Positions 35,687-43,825 of a stretch of 64,000 nucleotides of DNA are shown here, piece by piece. The translations under genes were made by a program, and so were the position numbers. Every line of letters begins with the position of its first letter. Within the stretch, counting starts at the first letter, position 1. The DNA lies in contig JBBIPP010000003.1 of the NCBI GenBank assembly GCA_037442745.1, positions 30,568-94,567 of the forward strand. Direction: 5' to 3'. The notes beneath the pieces are model-generated. The model was given only the letters and a program-made list of their open reading frames with translations, was not told the DNA's origin and made no database searches. Source of the DNA: an archaeon. Lineage in GTDB: Archaea; SpSt-1190; DYHY01.

Positions 35687-36642
35687 CCAGTTAGAAGGAC
35701 TTTGGGGAAAAAAACAAGGCCAGCAAGAACAACCGGCCAGAAAGCGACAACCCGGTCTATCAGCACTGCTGCGACAGCTTCAGTCCCAGAGATTCCGATT
35801 GCCCCGTAAATTGCCGTGGAGGAGAGTTCTACTGCGCCAATTCCCCCGGGAATTGCGGAAATTACCCCTATTATTATTGAGAGGGAGAATGCCTGAGCAA
35901 TCAAAAAAGGGTTTTGGATTGAGCCGGTTATTAGGGAGAATATCAGGGAAATTCTTGAGAATTCGAGCGCCCAAATCGCCCCCGAATATGCGAGCGCTCC
36001 AGGAACCCCTTTCGGCGAGAAAAGCTTGTCCCCTTCCGTCAGGTCCCCTTCAGTTCGGAAAGTTTTCCTGAACGCCCGTGAGAGTATTGCCCTCCTAGTT
36101 TTCCTTATGAACAGGAGCCCGGTTATCAGGACAATTGCTCCCGCAAGCCCGATTGCCGGGACTGCGAGGGAAAGCCTGCCTTCTCCGAACCTGGAAAGGA
36201 ACGCTAGGGCGAATGTTGTGACGAATAAAAAGTCGAAAACCCGCTCATAGAAAAGGAGAAGCATTGCCTTTGCGGAGGGGATGTTTTCAGTCTTCTTGTA
36301 TATCAGGACTCGGGTGAGCTCCCCTGATTTCGCGGGAGTGACAAGGCCTGCCGCAATTCCGACAAGGAGAGCTTTGGCTTTTCCGAACAAGGTTGTTCTT
36401 GTTTTTCCAGAAATTTCCCTTGAGAAATAGTCCCATCTCTTCACCCTGAGAAGGATTGAGAGAAAAGTCAGGGCAGTTAGCCCGGCAAGATAAATTGGGG
36501 AGATTCTTCCGGCAATATCGAGGGTTTTTTCCGAATCCCCGAAAAAGAAAAAGGCGCCTATTGACGCAACGAATAGGAGCCCGACTCCTGCTGAAAAGAG
36601 GGCTATTTTCCTCCAGGAAACGGGGTTGTTCCTTTCCGCCAT
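35674..36642 (-). CDS. flippase-like membrane protein (UPF0104 / lysyl-PG-synthase-TM-like family)
   Basis: 322 aa, 8 TM helices. Family commonly pairs with GT2 enzymes in archaeal glycan clusters. Assignment rests on topology and context only. Confidence 0.4.
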   Translation of the reverse strand: MAERNNPVSWRKIALFSAGVGLLFVASIGAFFFFGDSEKTLDIAGRISPIYLAGLTALTFLSILLRVKRWDYFSREISGKTRTTLFGKAKALLVGIAAGLVTPAKSGELTRVLIYKKTENIPSAKAMLLLFYERVFDFLFVTTFALAFLSRFGEGRLSLAVPAIGLAGAIVLITGLLFIRKTRRAILSRAFRKTFRTEGDLTEGDKLFSPKGVPGALAYSGAIWALEFSRISLIFSLITGSIQNPFLIAQAFSLSIIIGVISAIPGGIGAVELSSTAIYGAIGISGTEAVAAVLIDRVVAFWPVVLAGLVFFPKVLLTGQRK

Positions 36643-36666
36643 TTTTGAAAAGCCCTGTTTAGCCCT

Positions 36667-37425
36667 TTATTTATAAGTCCATTTTCCGGGAAGAACGCAT
36701 CCGGACAAGAGCCCTTCCCGCGTCAATTCGGGAAAAACATCAAGCTCAAGGCTTTTTGCCGAGTCGGGTATTTTCGAGAAAATCTCCTGCGTGAACGCGA
36801 ATATTCCGACGCTAATGAGGTGGCTCTCTGCTTCCCTCGGCTTTTCGTTGAATGAGGTTACTTTCCTTCCGGAAAGGCCGACAACCCCAAACCTGGTTGG
36901 TTTGTCAACAGTTGTAAGCGCGGCGGTTCCGAGGGAATTCGTGTTAGTGTGGAAATCTATGAATTCCCCGAGGTCGAACTCGAAGAAATTGTCGCCATAT
37001 ATCAGGAGAAAGTCCCCGTCAATCTTGCCTTTGAGTTTCTTCAGGGCAGATGCTGTGCCGTTCCTATCCTTTTGCTCAACATATTTTATATCAATTCCCG
37101 AAACTCCGGAAAGCGCTTCTTTTATCCTAAAACTAAGCTCTGTCAGTGTGCAAATTGTCGCTTTAGTTACCCCCTTTTTCCGGAGGAAAGCCATTATGTT
37201 TGTTATTGTCTGGCGACCGCCAACATCTTCAAGCGGTTTTTCGTCCCCGATAAGTATTACTGCGGGAAAAGTCTCTGAAATTAGGTATTTCTCGAGAAGA
37301 GTCTCGATTGTCCTAGACCTGTTGGACTCCCTTTTCCCTGCCCCTGAGAGGGCGTCAACCCGCTTTATCAGTTCCTCCTTCAGGGTTATTGATATGCGCT
37401 TTCTCATTGGGCGGGGAAATACCAA
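36667..37425 (-). CDS. ribbon-helix-helix (CopG-like) domain fused to a sugar nucleotidyltransferase
   Basis: N-terminal RISITLKEELIKRVDALSGAGKRESNRSRTIETLLEKYL is RHH-like. The remainder, AVILIGDEK...LIYGDNFF..., is an NTP_transferase fold. Confidence 0.5.
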   Translation of the reverse strand: MVFPRPMRKRISITLKEELIKRVDALSGAGKRESNRSRTIETLLEKYLISETFPAVILIGDEKPLEDVGGRQTITNIMAFLRKKGVTKATICTLTELSFRIKEALSGVSGIDIKYVEQKDRNGTASALKKLKGKIDGDFLLIYGDNFFEFDLGEFIDFHTNTNSLGTAALTTVDKPTRFGVVGLSGRKVTSFNEKPREAESHLISVGIFAFTQEIFSKIPDSAKSLELDVFPELTREGLLSGCVLPGKWTYK

Positions 37426-37462
37426 AGTTTTTTATTTATAAAAGCAGTCTAAAAACTTCCAA

Positions 37463-38560
37463 ATGAAGGCTATTGTTCTTGCGGGGGGGAAAGGGGAAGA
37501 TCTCTACCCTCTGACTCTCACGCGACCCAAGGCGCTCGCGACAATACTGAACCAGCCGATAATTGAGAGAATAATTGACAACATGCCCAAGGAAATTGAC
37601 AAGATTTTCATTGCAACCGACCACATGGCAGGGGAGATCAAAGCGCTTTTTTCCTCAAAAGAGATGAAGCGAAAAATGGGCAGGAGAAAAATATGTGTTG
37701 TTGAGGAGGATAGGCCACTTGGGACTGCCGGGTCAATAAAGCGTTTTGAAAAGGAGATAACCGAGACGTTTCTTGTTGTCCAAAGCGATGTTGTCTCTTC
37801 AGTCGACTATTTCAAGATGATTGATTTCCATAGGGAGAGCGGGTCAATTGCGACAATGTCTTCATTCAAGGTGAAAAACCCGATCGATTACGGGATTCTC
37901 GGGGTAAATGAGGAAGGGCGCGTAATGAAATTTCTCGAAAAGCCGAAAATTGACCAGGTCTTCTCGACAGTTATCAATGCGGGGGCGTATGTTTTCGAAA
38001 AATCCATTTTCGAGGAAATCCCGGCGCATGGGGTGTGCGATTTTTCGGGAGACGTCTTTCCCCGGCTTATACGAAAAGGGGGGATTGTCTCCGCATTCGA
38101 ATTCAAGGGTTTGTGGATTGACATAGGCTCGTTCAACAACTATCTTGATGCCCACAAAAACCTTCTTGAGCGGTCAATGACTTTTTCAATTTCGAGCAAA
38201 TCTTCTGCTAGTACAGTTCCCCCTGTTCTCATAGGCTCCGGTGGAAAAATCGGCGCATGCACTCTTGGTCCGGGAGTCTCTATAGGGAACAATGTGAAAA
38301 TTGGCAAAGGTGCGAAAATCTCGAATTCAGTCATCTATGACGGGGTCTCGATTGGGGATGGCTGCCTAGTAAAGGAGAGCGTTCTTGGGAAAGGGGTTGT
38401 CCTTGGGAAGAATGTTGTTGCAGTGAACACCCTGATTGGGGATGGCGCAAAAGTGAAGGACAAAATAAAGATAGGCGCCCAGAGCAAAATTTGGCCGAAA
38501 ACGAAGGTATCAAAGGATGTTCCTGAAAAGGAATGGTTCGGTTTCCTCAAGGAAGATTAG
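37463..38560 (+). CDS. bifunctional-type sugar-1-phosphate nucleotidyltransferase with C-terminal left-handed beta-helix (hexapeptide repeats)
   Basis: MKAIVLAGGKGEDLYPLT (G-x-G motif) plus C-terminal IGSGGKIGACTLGPGVSIGNNVKIGKGAKISNSVI hexapeptide repeats. Confidence 0.7.
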   Translation: MKAIVLAGGKGEDLYPLTLTRPKALATILNQPIIERIIDNMPKEIDKIFIATDHMAGEIKALFSSKEMKRKMGRRKICVVEEDRPLGTAGSIKRFEKEITETFLVVQSDVVSSVDYFKMIDFHRESGSIATMSSFKVKNPIDYGILGVNEEGRVMKFLEKPKIDQVFSTVINAGAYVFEKSIFEEIPAHGVCDFSGDVFPRLIRKGGIVSAFEFKGLWIDIGSFNNYLDAHKNLLERSMTFSISSKSSASTVPPVLIGSGGKIGACTLGPGVSIGNNVKIGKGAKISNSVIYDGVSIGDGCLVKESVLGKGVVLGKNVVAVNTLIGDGAKVKDKIKIGAQSKIWPKTKVSKDVPEKEWFGFLKED

Positions 38561-39959
38561 TTCTGTTCAGTTTGGCTTGAATTTGGCTTGTTATTTCCTC
38601 GTCAACCCTTTTGCAGAAATTCTGTAGAGATACTTTCGGAATTGATGCACCTGCCGCAATGTCGTGGCCCCCTCCAAGGCCCCCGAACTCTCCGGAGACT
38701 TTTCTCATTATTTTCGAGAGCTCCAATCCGTCCTTCACAAGCTTTCTTGTCCCCCTTGCGGAAATTTTGTATTCGTTCTCCCCTTGGGAGCTTGCCACGA
38801 GGAAAACCCGCTCGGAATCAACCAGCCTTGAACTTAGGGCAATTCCCGCGACAATTCCTATTATTGTCGGCTTGATTTCGTCCAACTGCAAGAGCTGGAC
38901 TGTTTTCCCAATTGGCTCAGTTCCCTTTGAAAGCAGAAGTTCCAATGCCTTGCTGAGGTTTTCCCTATGGAGAGCCAACAGTTCCCTTGTTTTGGCAAAT
39001 GCGCTTCCCCTCTCTCCCTGGCAGACTTTGATTCCCAAAAGAGCCTCTTCATTCCGTCCGCATGCGTTTAGGAGAGTTGAGAACTCCGTCGCATCTCGGA
39101 GCTCGGTTCCCTTGGGCTCGTTCGGGAAAACATAGTATTCGGAGATAATTCTTTTCAGCTCCCAGGGAAGGAGCCCTGCCTGTATTCCATATTGGTAGAG
39201 CCCGGTAATTAGGGCAGTTTTTCCTTCGGGAGAAAGCTCTGAGTATGTCAGTTCGTTTGGAATGCCAAGTTTCTCGAGAAATTTTACGGCTCCCTGCGGA
39301 TTTCCGGATAGCCCCTTGAAGAAAGGGTCAGTTGCAGTTGAGAGGAGGTCTGGGAGCTTTCTGGTCTCCCTTCCGAAGAAAGACACTCCTTTCTCCGCTC
39401 TGACAGTTCCCAGTTTCTCCCCGATTTCGAGTATTCTCCGGTTGAGGCCAATCAGGCCTTCTTGTCCTTGGACATCTCCGACTGCTCCGGTAATTGCCAA
39501 AGGGGCATTCTCCGGAATTTCTGAAATTTCCAGGGAAACTAGGAAAGCCAGTCCTGCGCCAGAAACTTCTTTCGACCCGGAAAACCCATGTTCAACTGCG
39601 TTCAAATGGACAATTCTTTCGGGCAAATCCGCTTTCTCCGGCTCGTGGTGGTCTATTATTACCGATTTTCCGGGCAAGTGTTCGGAAATAAGTGATATTT
39701 GTCCGCTTCCGAGATCCGTGAATATTGTTTCCCTGTCTTTCGGAACAAGGAGAATTGTTTCCCTATCCAACTGCCTTATTGGAACTAAAAGGGGGTTTTT
39801 GCCTATTTTTTTCAAAGTTCGGTCAATTATTGCCCCTGCACACAGCCCGTCAGCGTCAATGTGCGTTACAATTGTCGGGGATTCAAAACTAGCTATTGTC
39901 AGAGCAGTTTCCCTGACTTTGTTCCAAAACAGCTCCGGATTTTCTTTGTTTTCAGGCAA
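38547..39959 (-). CDS. DHH/DHHA1 phosphoesterase, archaeal RecJ/Cdc45-like (GAN-type nuclease)
   Basis: 470 aa. HIDADGLCAGAI (DHH motif I), DHH, and GGGHDIAAG (DHHA1). Sits next to the replication origin locus. Confidence 0.6.
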   Translation of the reverse strand: MPENKENPELFWNKVRETALTIASFESPTIVTHIDADGLCAGAIIDRTLKKIGKNPLLVPIRQLDRETILLVPKDRETIFTDLGSGQISLISEHLPGKSVIIDHHEPEKADLPERIVHLNAVEHGFSGSKEVSGAGLAFLVSLEISEIPENAPLAITGAVGDVQGQEGLIGLNRRILEIGEKLGTVRAEKGVSFFGRETRKLPDLLSTATDPFFKGLSGNPQGAVKFLEKLGIPNELTYSELSPEGKTALITGLYQYGIQAGLLPWELKRIISEYYVFPNEPKGTELRDATEFSTLLNACGRNEEALLGIKVCQGERGSAFAKTRELLALHRENLSKALELLLSKGTEPIGKTVQLLQLDEIKPTIIGIVAGIALSSRLVDSERVFLVASSQGENEYKISARGTRKLVKDGLELSKIMRKVSGEFGGLGGGHDIAAGASIPKVSLQNFCKRVDEEITSQIQAKLNRTNLP

Positions 39960-40017
39960 ATTGGAAAATATGTCCAGTTGGTTCTATTTGTGGTTTTCTG
40001 GGAAATTCAGATTGGGT

Positions 40018-40593
40018 TCAGGAAGTTTTCCCGTCTCCGAGAACATAATAGATGCGCTCTGACAAGCCCCCCCAAGAGAACCCGCCATTAATTTTCTTCT
40101 TCTCAGCAATTTTGAAAATTCCTTCAGCAACCCCTTTTCCTAGATGATAATAAGTAAGCCGTAGGGAAAGCCTTCCGTATCTGCGGTTGTATTTTTTGTT
40201 AATTTCATATCCATAAATTGGTGTTTCTTCTCCTAGTAAAATTTCAGCAATATTGTCTCTTATTTTATGTCCAGTTTTAACTAGTTTTTTCATTTCTCTT
40301 GGAACTTTTCCTTCCTTGTCGAGAATTCCTTGCCTTATGTTTGAGCTTGTCAGGGGGAGTTTGTTCTCCCCATAGGTCAAAGGAATTTCAATTCTCATCA
40401 AAGGCATTAATCCTGCTTCCTGCCGGAGAGAGTTCAGCTCGCCAATCTGATCCTTTCCGAACGAGTTTCCTTCTCCAGTTGCAATTAACTGAAGAGATTG
40501 ATAGGATTCTATTGTTTTGTAATAATTGTCGTTGATTGATATTATTTGAAATTCTATATTCCTTCCGGACAAGTAATTCTCGAGCTGGCGCAT
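40018..40593 (-). CDS. hypothetical protein (AT-rich gene, no confident family)
   Basis: 191-aa ORF with lower GC than its neighbours. True start possibly internal. Confidence 0.3.
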   Translation of the reverse strand: MRQLENYLSGRNIEFQIISINDNYYKTIESYQSLQLIATGEGNSFGKDQIGELNSLRQEAGLMPLMRIEIPLTYGENKLPLTSSNIRQGILDKEGKVPREMKKLVKTGHKIRDNIAEILLGEETPIYGYEINKKYNRRYGRLSLRLTYYHLGKGVAEGIFKIAEKKKINGGFSWGGLSERIYYVLGDGKTS

Positions 40594-41043
40594 TCTCGTC
40601 TCAAATGTCTGGATCGCATTCCCTTCGGCAAAGTCAATGCAGACAAGGAGGTTTTTTGATAATGCAGTTAGTTTGTCAAGGAAGTCTCTCTGACCTTTGT
40701 GGAGAAAGTCAAAAGTTCCAAAACAGGCAATTGTTGGATTCTTTTTTTCTCCGGAATTTTCGATTTATCCTCTCCCTCCTTCTCTTCTTTGGGAAAATGA
40801 TTTTTCTGGGAGTCTTGCTATGTATATATAATTTTCCATATGGAAATAATGGAAATAACAACAAAAGAATCCAACTTTCCATCCGAAATGTTGGAGAGAG
40901 TATCAAAAAATTCCAGTGGAAATGAAGGTTGTCCCAAAGAGAATCCAAAATCTTCCACAGGAAACAAAGGTCAAACAACAACAATAATTAAAAACCCTTT
41001 CTTCCAATGGAAAAATCCGAGAACCGGAGTTGAAGAAATAATA
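40594..41043. other. candidate replication origin (oriC): AT-rich unwinding element plus four direct ORB-like repeats TTCCA-N2-3-GGAAA
   Basis: TTCCATATGGAAA 40834..40846, TTCCAGTGGAAA 40911..40922, TTCCACAGGAAA 40953..40964, TTCCAATGGAAA 41002..41013. TGTATATATAATTTT at 40821. Immediately upstream of orc1/cdc6–polD, the classic euryarchaeal oriC arrangement. Confidence 0.5.
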
Positions 41044-42246
41044 ATGCAGAGCTCTTTGAGGGAAATGTTCAATGCATATCTCGACAGGCAATCCATTTTC
41101 CTCAACAAGAATGCATTGTCAGATACCTATCTTCCGGAAAACCTTGTCCACAGGGAAGGGGAGCAAAAACAGATTGCCGGAATTCTTCTCCCCGCTCTAC
41201 GTGGGGAAAAGCCCTCGAACCTCTTCATTTACGGAAAAACCGGGACTGGGAAGACTCTGGGAACCCGGATTGTTTGCTTGGAACTGGAGAAATTCTCCAT
41301 TGCCCGGAACCTGCCATTGAAGGTTGTTTATGTCAATGCCCAGATGAAGAAAGTTGCAGATACAGAATATCGGCTAATTTCGAATTTGGCAGGCCAGTAT
41401 GGGGCAACTCTCCCGCCAACAGGGCTCCCTACTGAGAAAATCTATCGCGAATTCATCAAAGCAGTCGAGAATGAAAAGTCCCTTTCAATAATTGTAATTG
41501 ACGAAATAGACACCGTTGTACAGAAATGCGGGAATGAATTCCTTTACAATTTGACAAGAATTAACAACGAATTGACAAAATCAAGGGTAAGTGTTATTGG
41601 GATAACAAATGACTTGAAGCTCCTCTCGAACATTGAGTCAAGAGTAAAGTCAAGCCTCTCGGAGGAAGAGCTTGTTTTCAAGCCATATAACGCAAACCAA
41701 TTGAACGACATTCTTTCTACTCGGGCGGAAATTGCGTTCGCTCCCGGAGTAATTGACCAGTCAGTAATTCCCAAATGCTCCGCATATGCAGCAAAAGAGC
41801 ACGGAGATGCAAGAAGAGCTCTCAATTTATTGAGACTCGCTGGAGAGATTGCTGAACGGAGCGCTTCCCCAAGAATAGAAGCTGAACACGTTGACCTAGC
41901 GCTGGAAAAGCTTGATATTGACACTGTTGTCGAATTTGTGAAAAGCCAGCCTCTCCAGTCAAAAGCTGTCCTATACAGCATAATTTCATTGGAAAACTCG
42001 AAACCAGACTATACTACCGGGGATATTTACGAGAAATACCGCTCAGTCTGCGAAATATTCAGGCAGAAATGCCTTACCCAAAGAAGAGTATCCGACCTGA
42101 TAAATGAACTGACTAGCGTCGGAATTCTTGCGGCACGCGTTGTTTCCAAGGGAAGATATGGGCGGAGCAAGGCAGTTGACTTGTTGGTAAAGGGCCCTGC
42201 TTTGGACAAAATAACGAAAGCAATTTCCTCCGAAGTTGCCTATTGA
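41044..42246 (+). CDS. cdc6: Orc1/Cdc6 replication initiator
   Basis: Start reassigned to ATG 41044 (MQSSLREMFNAYLD...YLPENLVHRE about 31 aa before the conserved RE). Walker A GKTGTGKT, Walker B IIVIDEID, winged-helix C-terminus. The ORF track's 40840 start would place the ORB repeats inside coding sequence. Confidence 0.9.
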   Translation: MQSSLREMFNAYLDRQSIFLNKNALSDTYLPENLVHREGEQKQIAGILLPALRGEKPSNLFIYGKTGTGKTLGTRIVCLELEKFSIARNLPLKVVYVNAQMKKVADTEYRLISNLAGQYGATLPPTGLPTEKIYREFIKAVENEKSLSIIVIDEIDTVVQKCGNEFLYNLTRINNELTKSRVSVIGITNDLKLLSNIESRVKSSLSEEELVFKPYNANQLNDILSTRAEIAFAPGVIDQSVIPKCSAYAAKEHGDARRALNLLRLAGEIAERSASPRIEAEHVDLALEKLDIDTVVEFVKSQPLQSKAVLYSIISLENSKPDYTTGDIYEKYRSVCEIFRQKCLTQRRVSDLINELTSVGILAARVVSKGRYGRSKAVDLLVKGPALDKITKAISSEVAY

Positions 42247-42334
42247 ATAGGTTAGCCCCCCGGTCTCCCCAACCAGCCATCTCCTCTAACATACCCAAGA
42301 AATAAAAACAAAGGCCCAAGCAGTTCTTCCGGAA

Positions 42335-43825
42335 ATGGCGGAGGGGGGCGACTGGGGAAAAAAACAGGGAATAGAGTCCCTTGTTGTTTCTCTGCTCTCA
42401 AAAGGAATAATGATTGCCCCGGACGCCCTCGATTTCCTGAAAATACATCCGGAAAAACTCGCTTCAATTGACCTTGATTCCCTAAATGGCGTGCTTTCTC
42501 TTGAGAACCTAAAGAACGCCAACTACCCCATCCCGGAAGTGGAAGAGTTACCAACTCCCCGGGAGGACGAAGGAGCCCGGATTCTCTATGACTATGCCGA
42601 GAAATTCGATATGAAAGGGGAATTGTCCGATTTTACCAACCATTTCAACGACAGGTACAGGAACCTGTCCGAAATGCTGAAAACCCGGGCTGAACTGAAA
42701 AACCTCTCCTCAGTCAACCGGCTCTCGTCAATCAAGGAAAGGGAGGAGGTGTCAATAATAGGTATTGTTGATTCCAAAAGGGAGACAAGGTCCGGCCATT
42801 ATATTGTGGAGGTCGAAGATCCGACAGGAGTTGCGAAAATTCTCCTCTCGAAGAACAGCCAGACAATAAAGAAAGCTGACGAGATTGTTGAGGACGAGGT
42901 AATTGGAATAACCGGAACTGCCTCAAAAGAGCTTCTATTTGCGGAGGAGGTTATTTTTCCGGACATCCCCCAAATGGGCGCCTGGCCGGGAAAAGGCAAG
43001 AACGTTGCAGTAATGATTTCGGATGTCCACATAGGTTCAAAGCAGTTCAGGCACGACTATTTCGACAACTTGGTCAACTGGCTGAACTCGAATAACGAGG
43101 TTGCGAGAAGAGTTAAATATCTCCTTGTCGCAGGCGACGTTGTCGACGGGGTTGGGGTTTACAAAGGCCAGCAAAAGGACCTTGCAATAACTGACATTGT
43201 CGGGCAGTATTCTGCGTTCGCCGACCTCCTTGACCGGCTGAATAAAAATATAAGAATATTCGTTTCCCCCGGAAACCACGACGCTTCAAGGGATTCCGAC
43301 CCCCAGCCGGCAATACCAAAGGAATTCTCAGAAGCAATCTATTCCCTGAAAAATGTTTCAATGATATCCTCCCCGGCAGTTGTCCAGCTTGACCGAGTCA
43401 ATTTCCTAATATATCACGGAACTGCCCTAGATAGCGTTATTGCCTCAATTCCTTCCCTCCGGAAAACCGGCTATGACAATCCCCACCAAGCAATGATCCA
43501 GCAGTTGAGGAAAAGGCACCTTATCCCGAGCTATAACGACATGTCAAGAATGTTTCCCGACGCGACTGACGAGATGGTAATAAAGACACTTCCGAACGTT
43601 TTCCACTCAGGCCATGTCCACAAGCTCGGGTTTTCGGCTTACAGGGGAATTAAGGTAATAAATTCCGGGACATTCCAAGACAGGACCTCTTTTCAGGTCA
43701 AAGTCGGCCACCACCCCCAGCCCGGAAAAATCCCATATATTGAGCTCGGGACGGGAGCTGTGAATGTCCTTGATTTGACTAACGAGGGGGAAGGCGGGCC
43801 GACAATCAGGGAGGAGGTTTTCTAG
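42335..43825 (+). CDS. DNA polymerase II (PolD) small subunit DP1
   Basis: 496 aa. Calcineurin-like phosphoesterase motifs (VAVMISDVHIGS, LVAGDVVDG, PGNHD). Directly upstream of DP2. Confidence 0.85.
   Translation: MAEGGDWGKKQGIESLVVSLLSKGIMIAPDALDFLKIHPEKLASIDLDSLNGVLSLENLKNANYPIPEVEELPTPREDEGARILYDYAEKFDMKGELSDFTNHFNDRYRNLSEMLKTRAELKNLSSVNRLSSIKEREEVSIIGIVDSKRETRSGHYIVEVEDPTGVAKILLSKNSQTIKKADEIVEDEVIGITGTASKELLFAEEVIFPDIPQMGAWPGKGKNVAVMISDVHIGSKQFRHDYFDNLVNWLNSNNEVARRVKYLLVAGDVVDGVGVYKGQQKDLAITDIVGQYSAFADLLDRLNKNIRIFVSPGNHDASRDSDPQPAIPKEFSEAIYSLKNVSMISSPAVVQLDRVNFLIYHGTALDSVIASIPSLRKTGYDNPHQAMIQQLRKRHLIPSYNDMSRMFPDATDEMVIKTLPNVFHSGHVHKLGFSAYRGIKVINSGTFQDRTSFQVKVGHHPQPGKIPYIELGTGAVNVLDLTNEGEGGPTIREEVF

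Noticed and set aside
40830-41020. CRISPR array possibility for the TTCCA..GGAAA repeats
   Set aside because: Repeats are only 12-13 bp, with irregular 42-64-bp spacing, no cas genes nearby, and a position matching archaeal origin recognition boxes.
40840-41043. Treating 40840..41043 as a genuine N-terminal extension of Orc1/Cdc6
   Set aside because: The segment consists of ORB-like TTCCA..GGAAA repeats and AT-rich DNA, is Asn/Lys-rich on translation, and homolog-based spacing to the conserved HRE motif supports the start at 41044.
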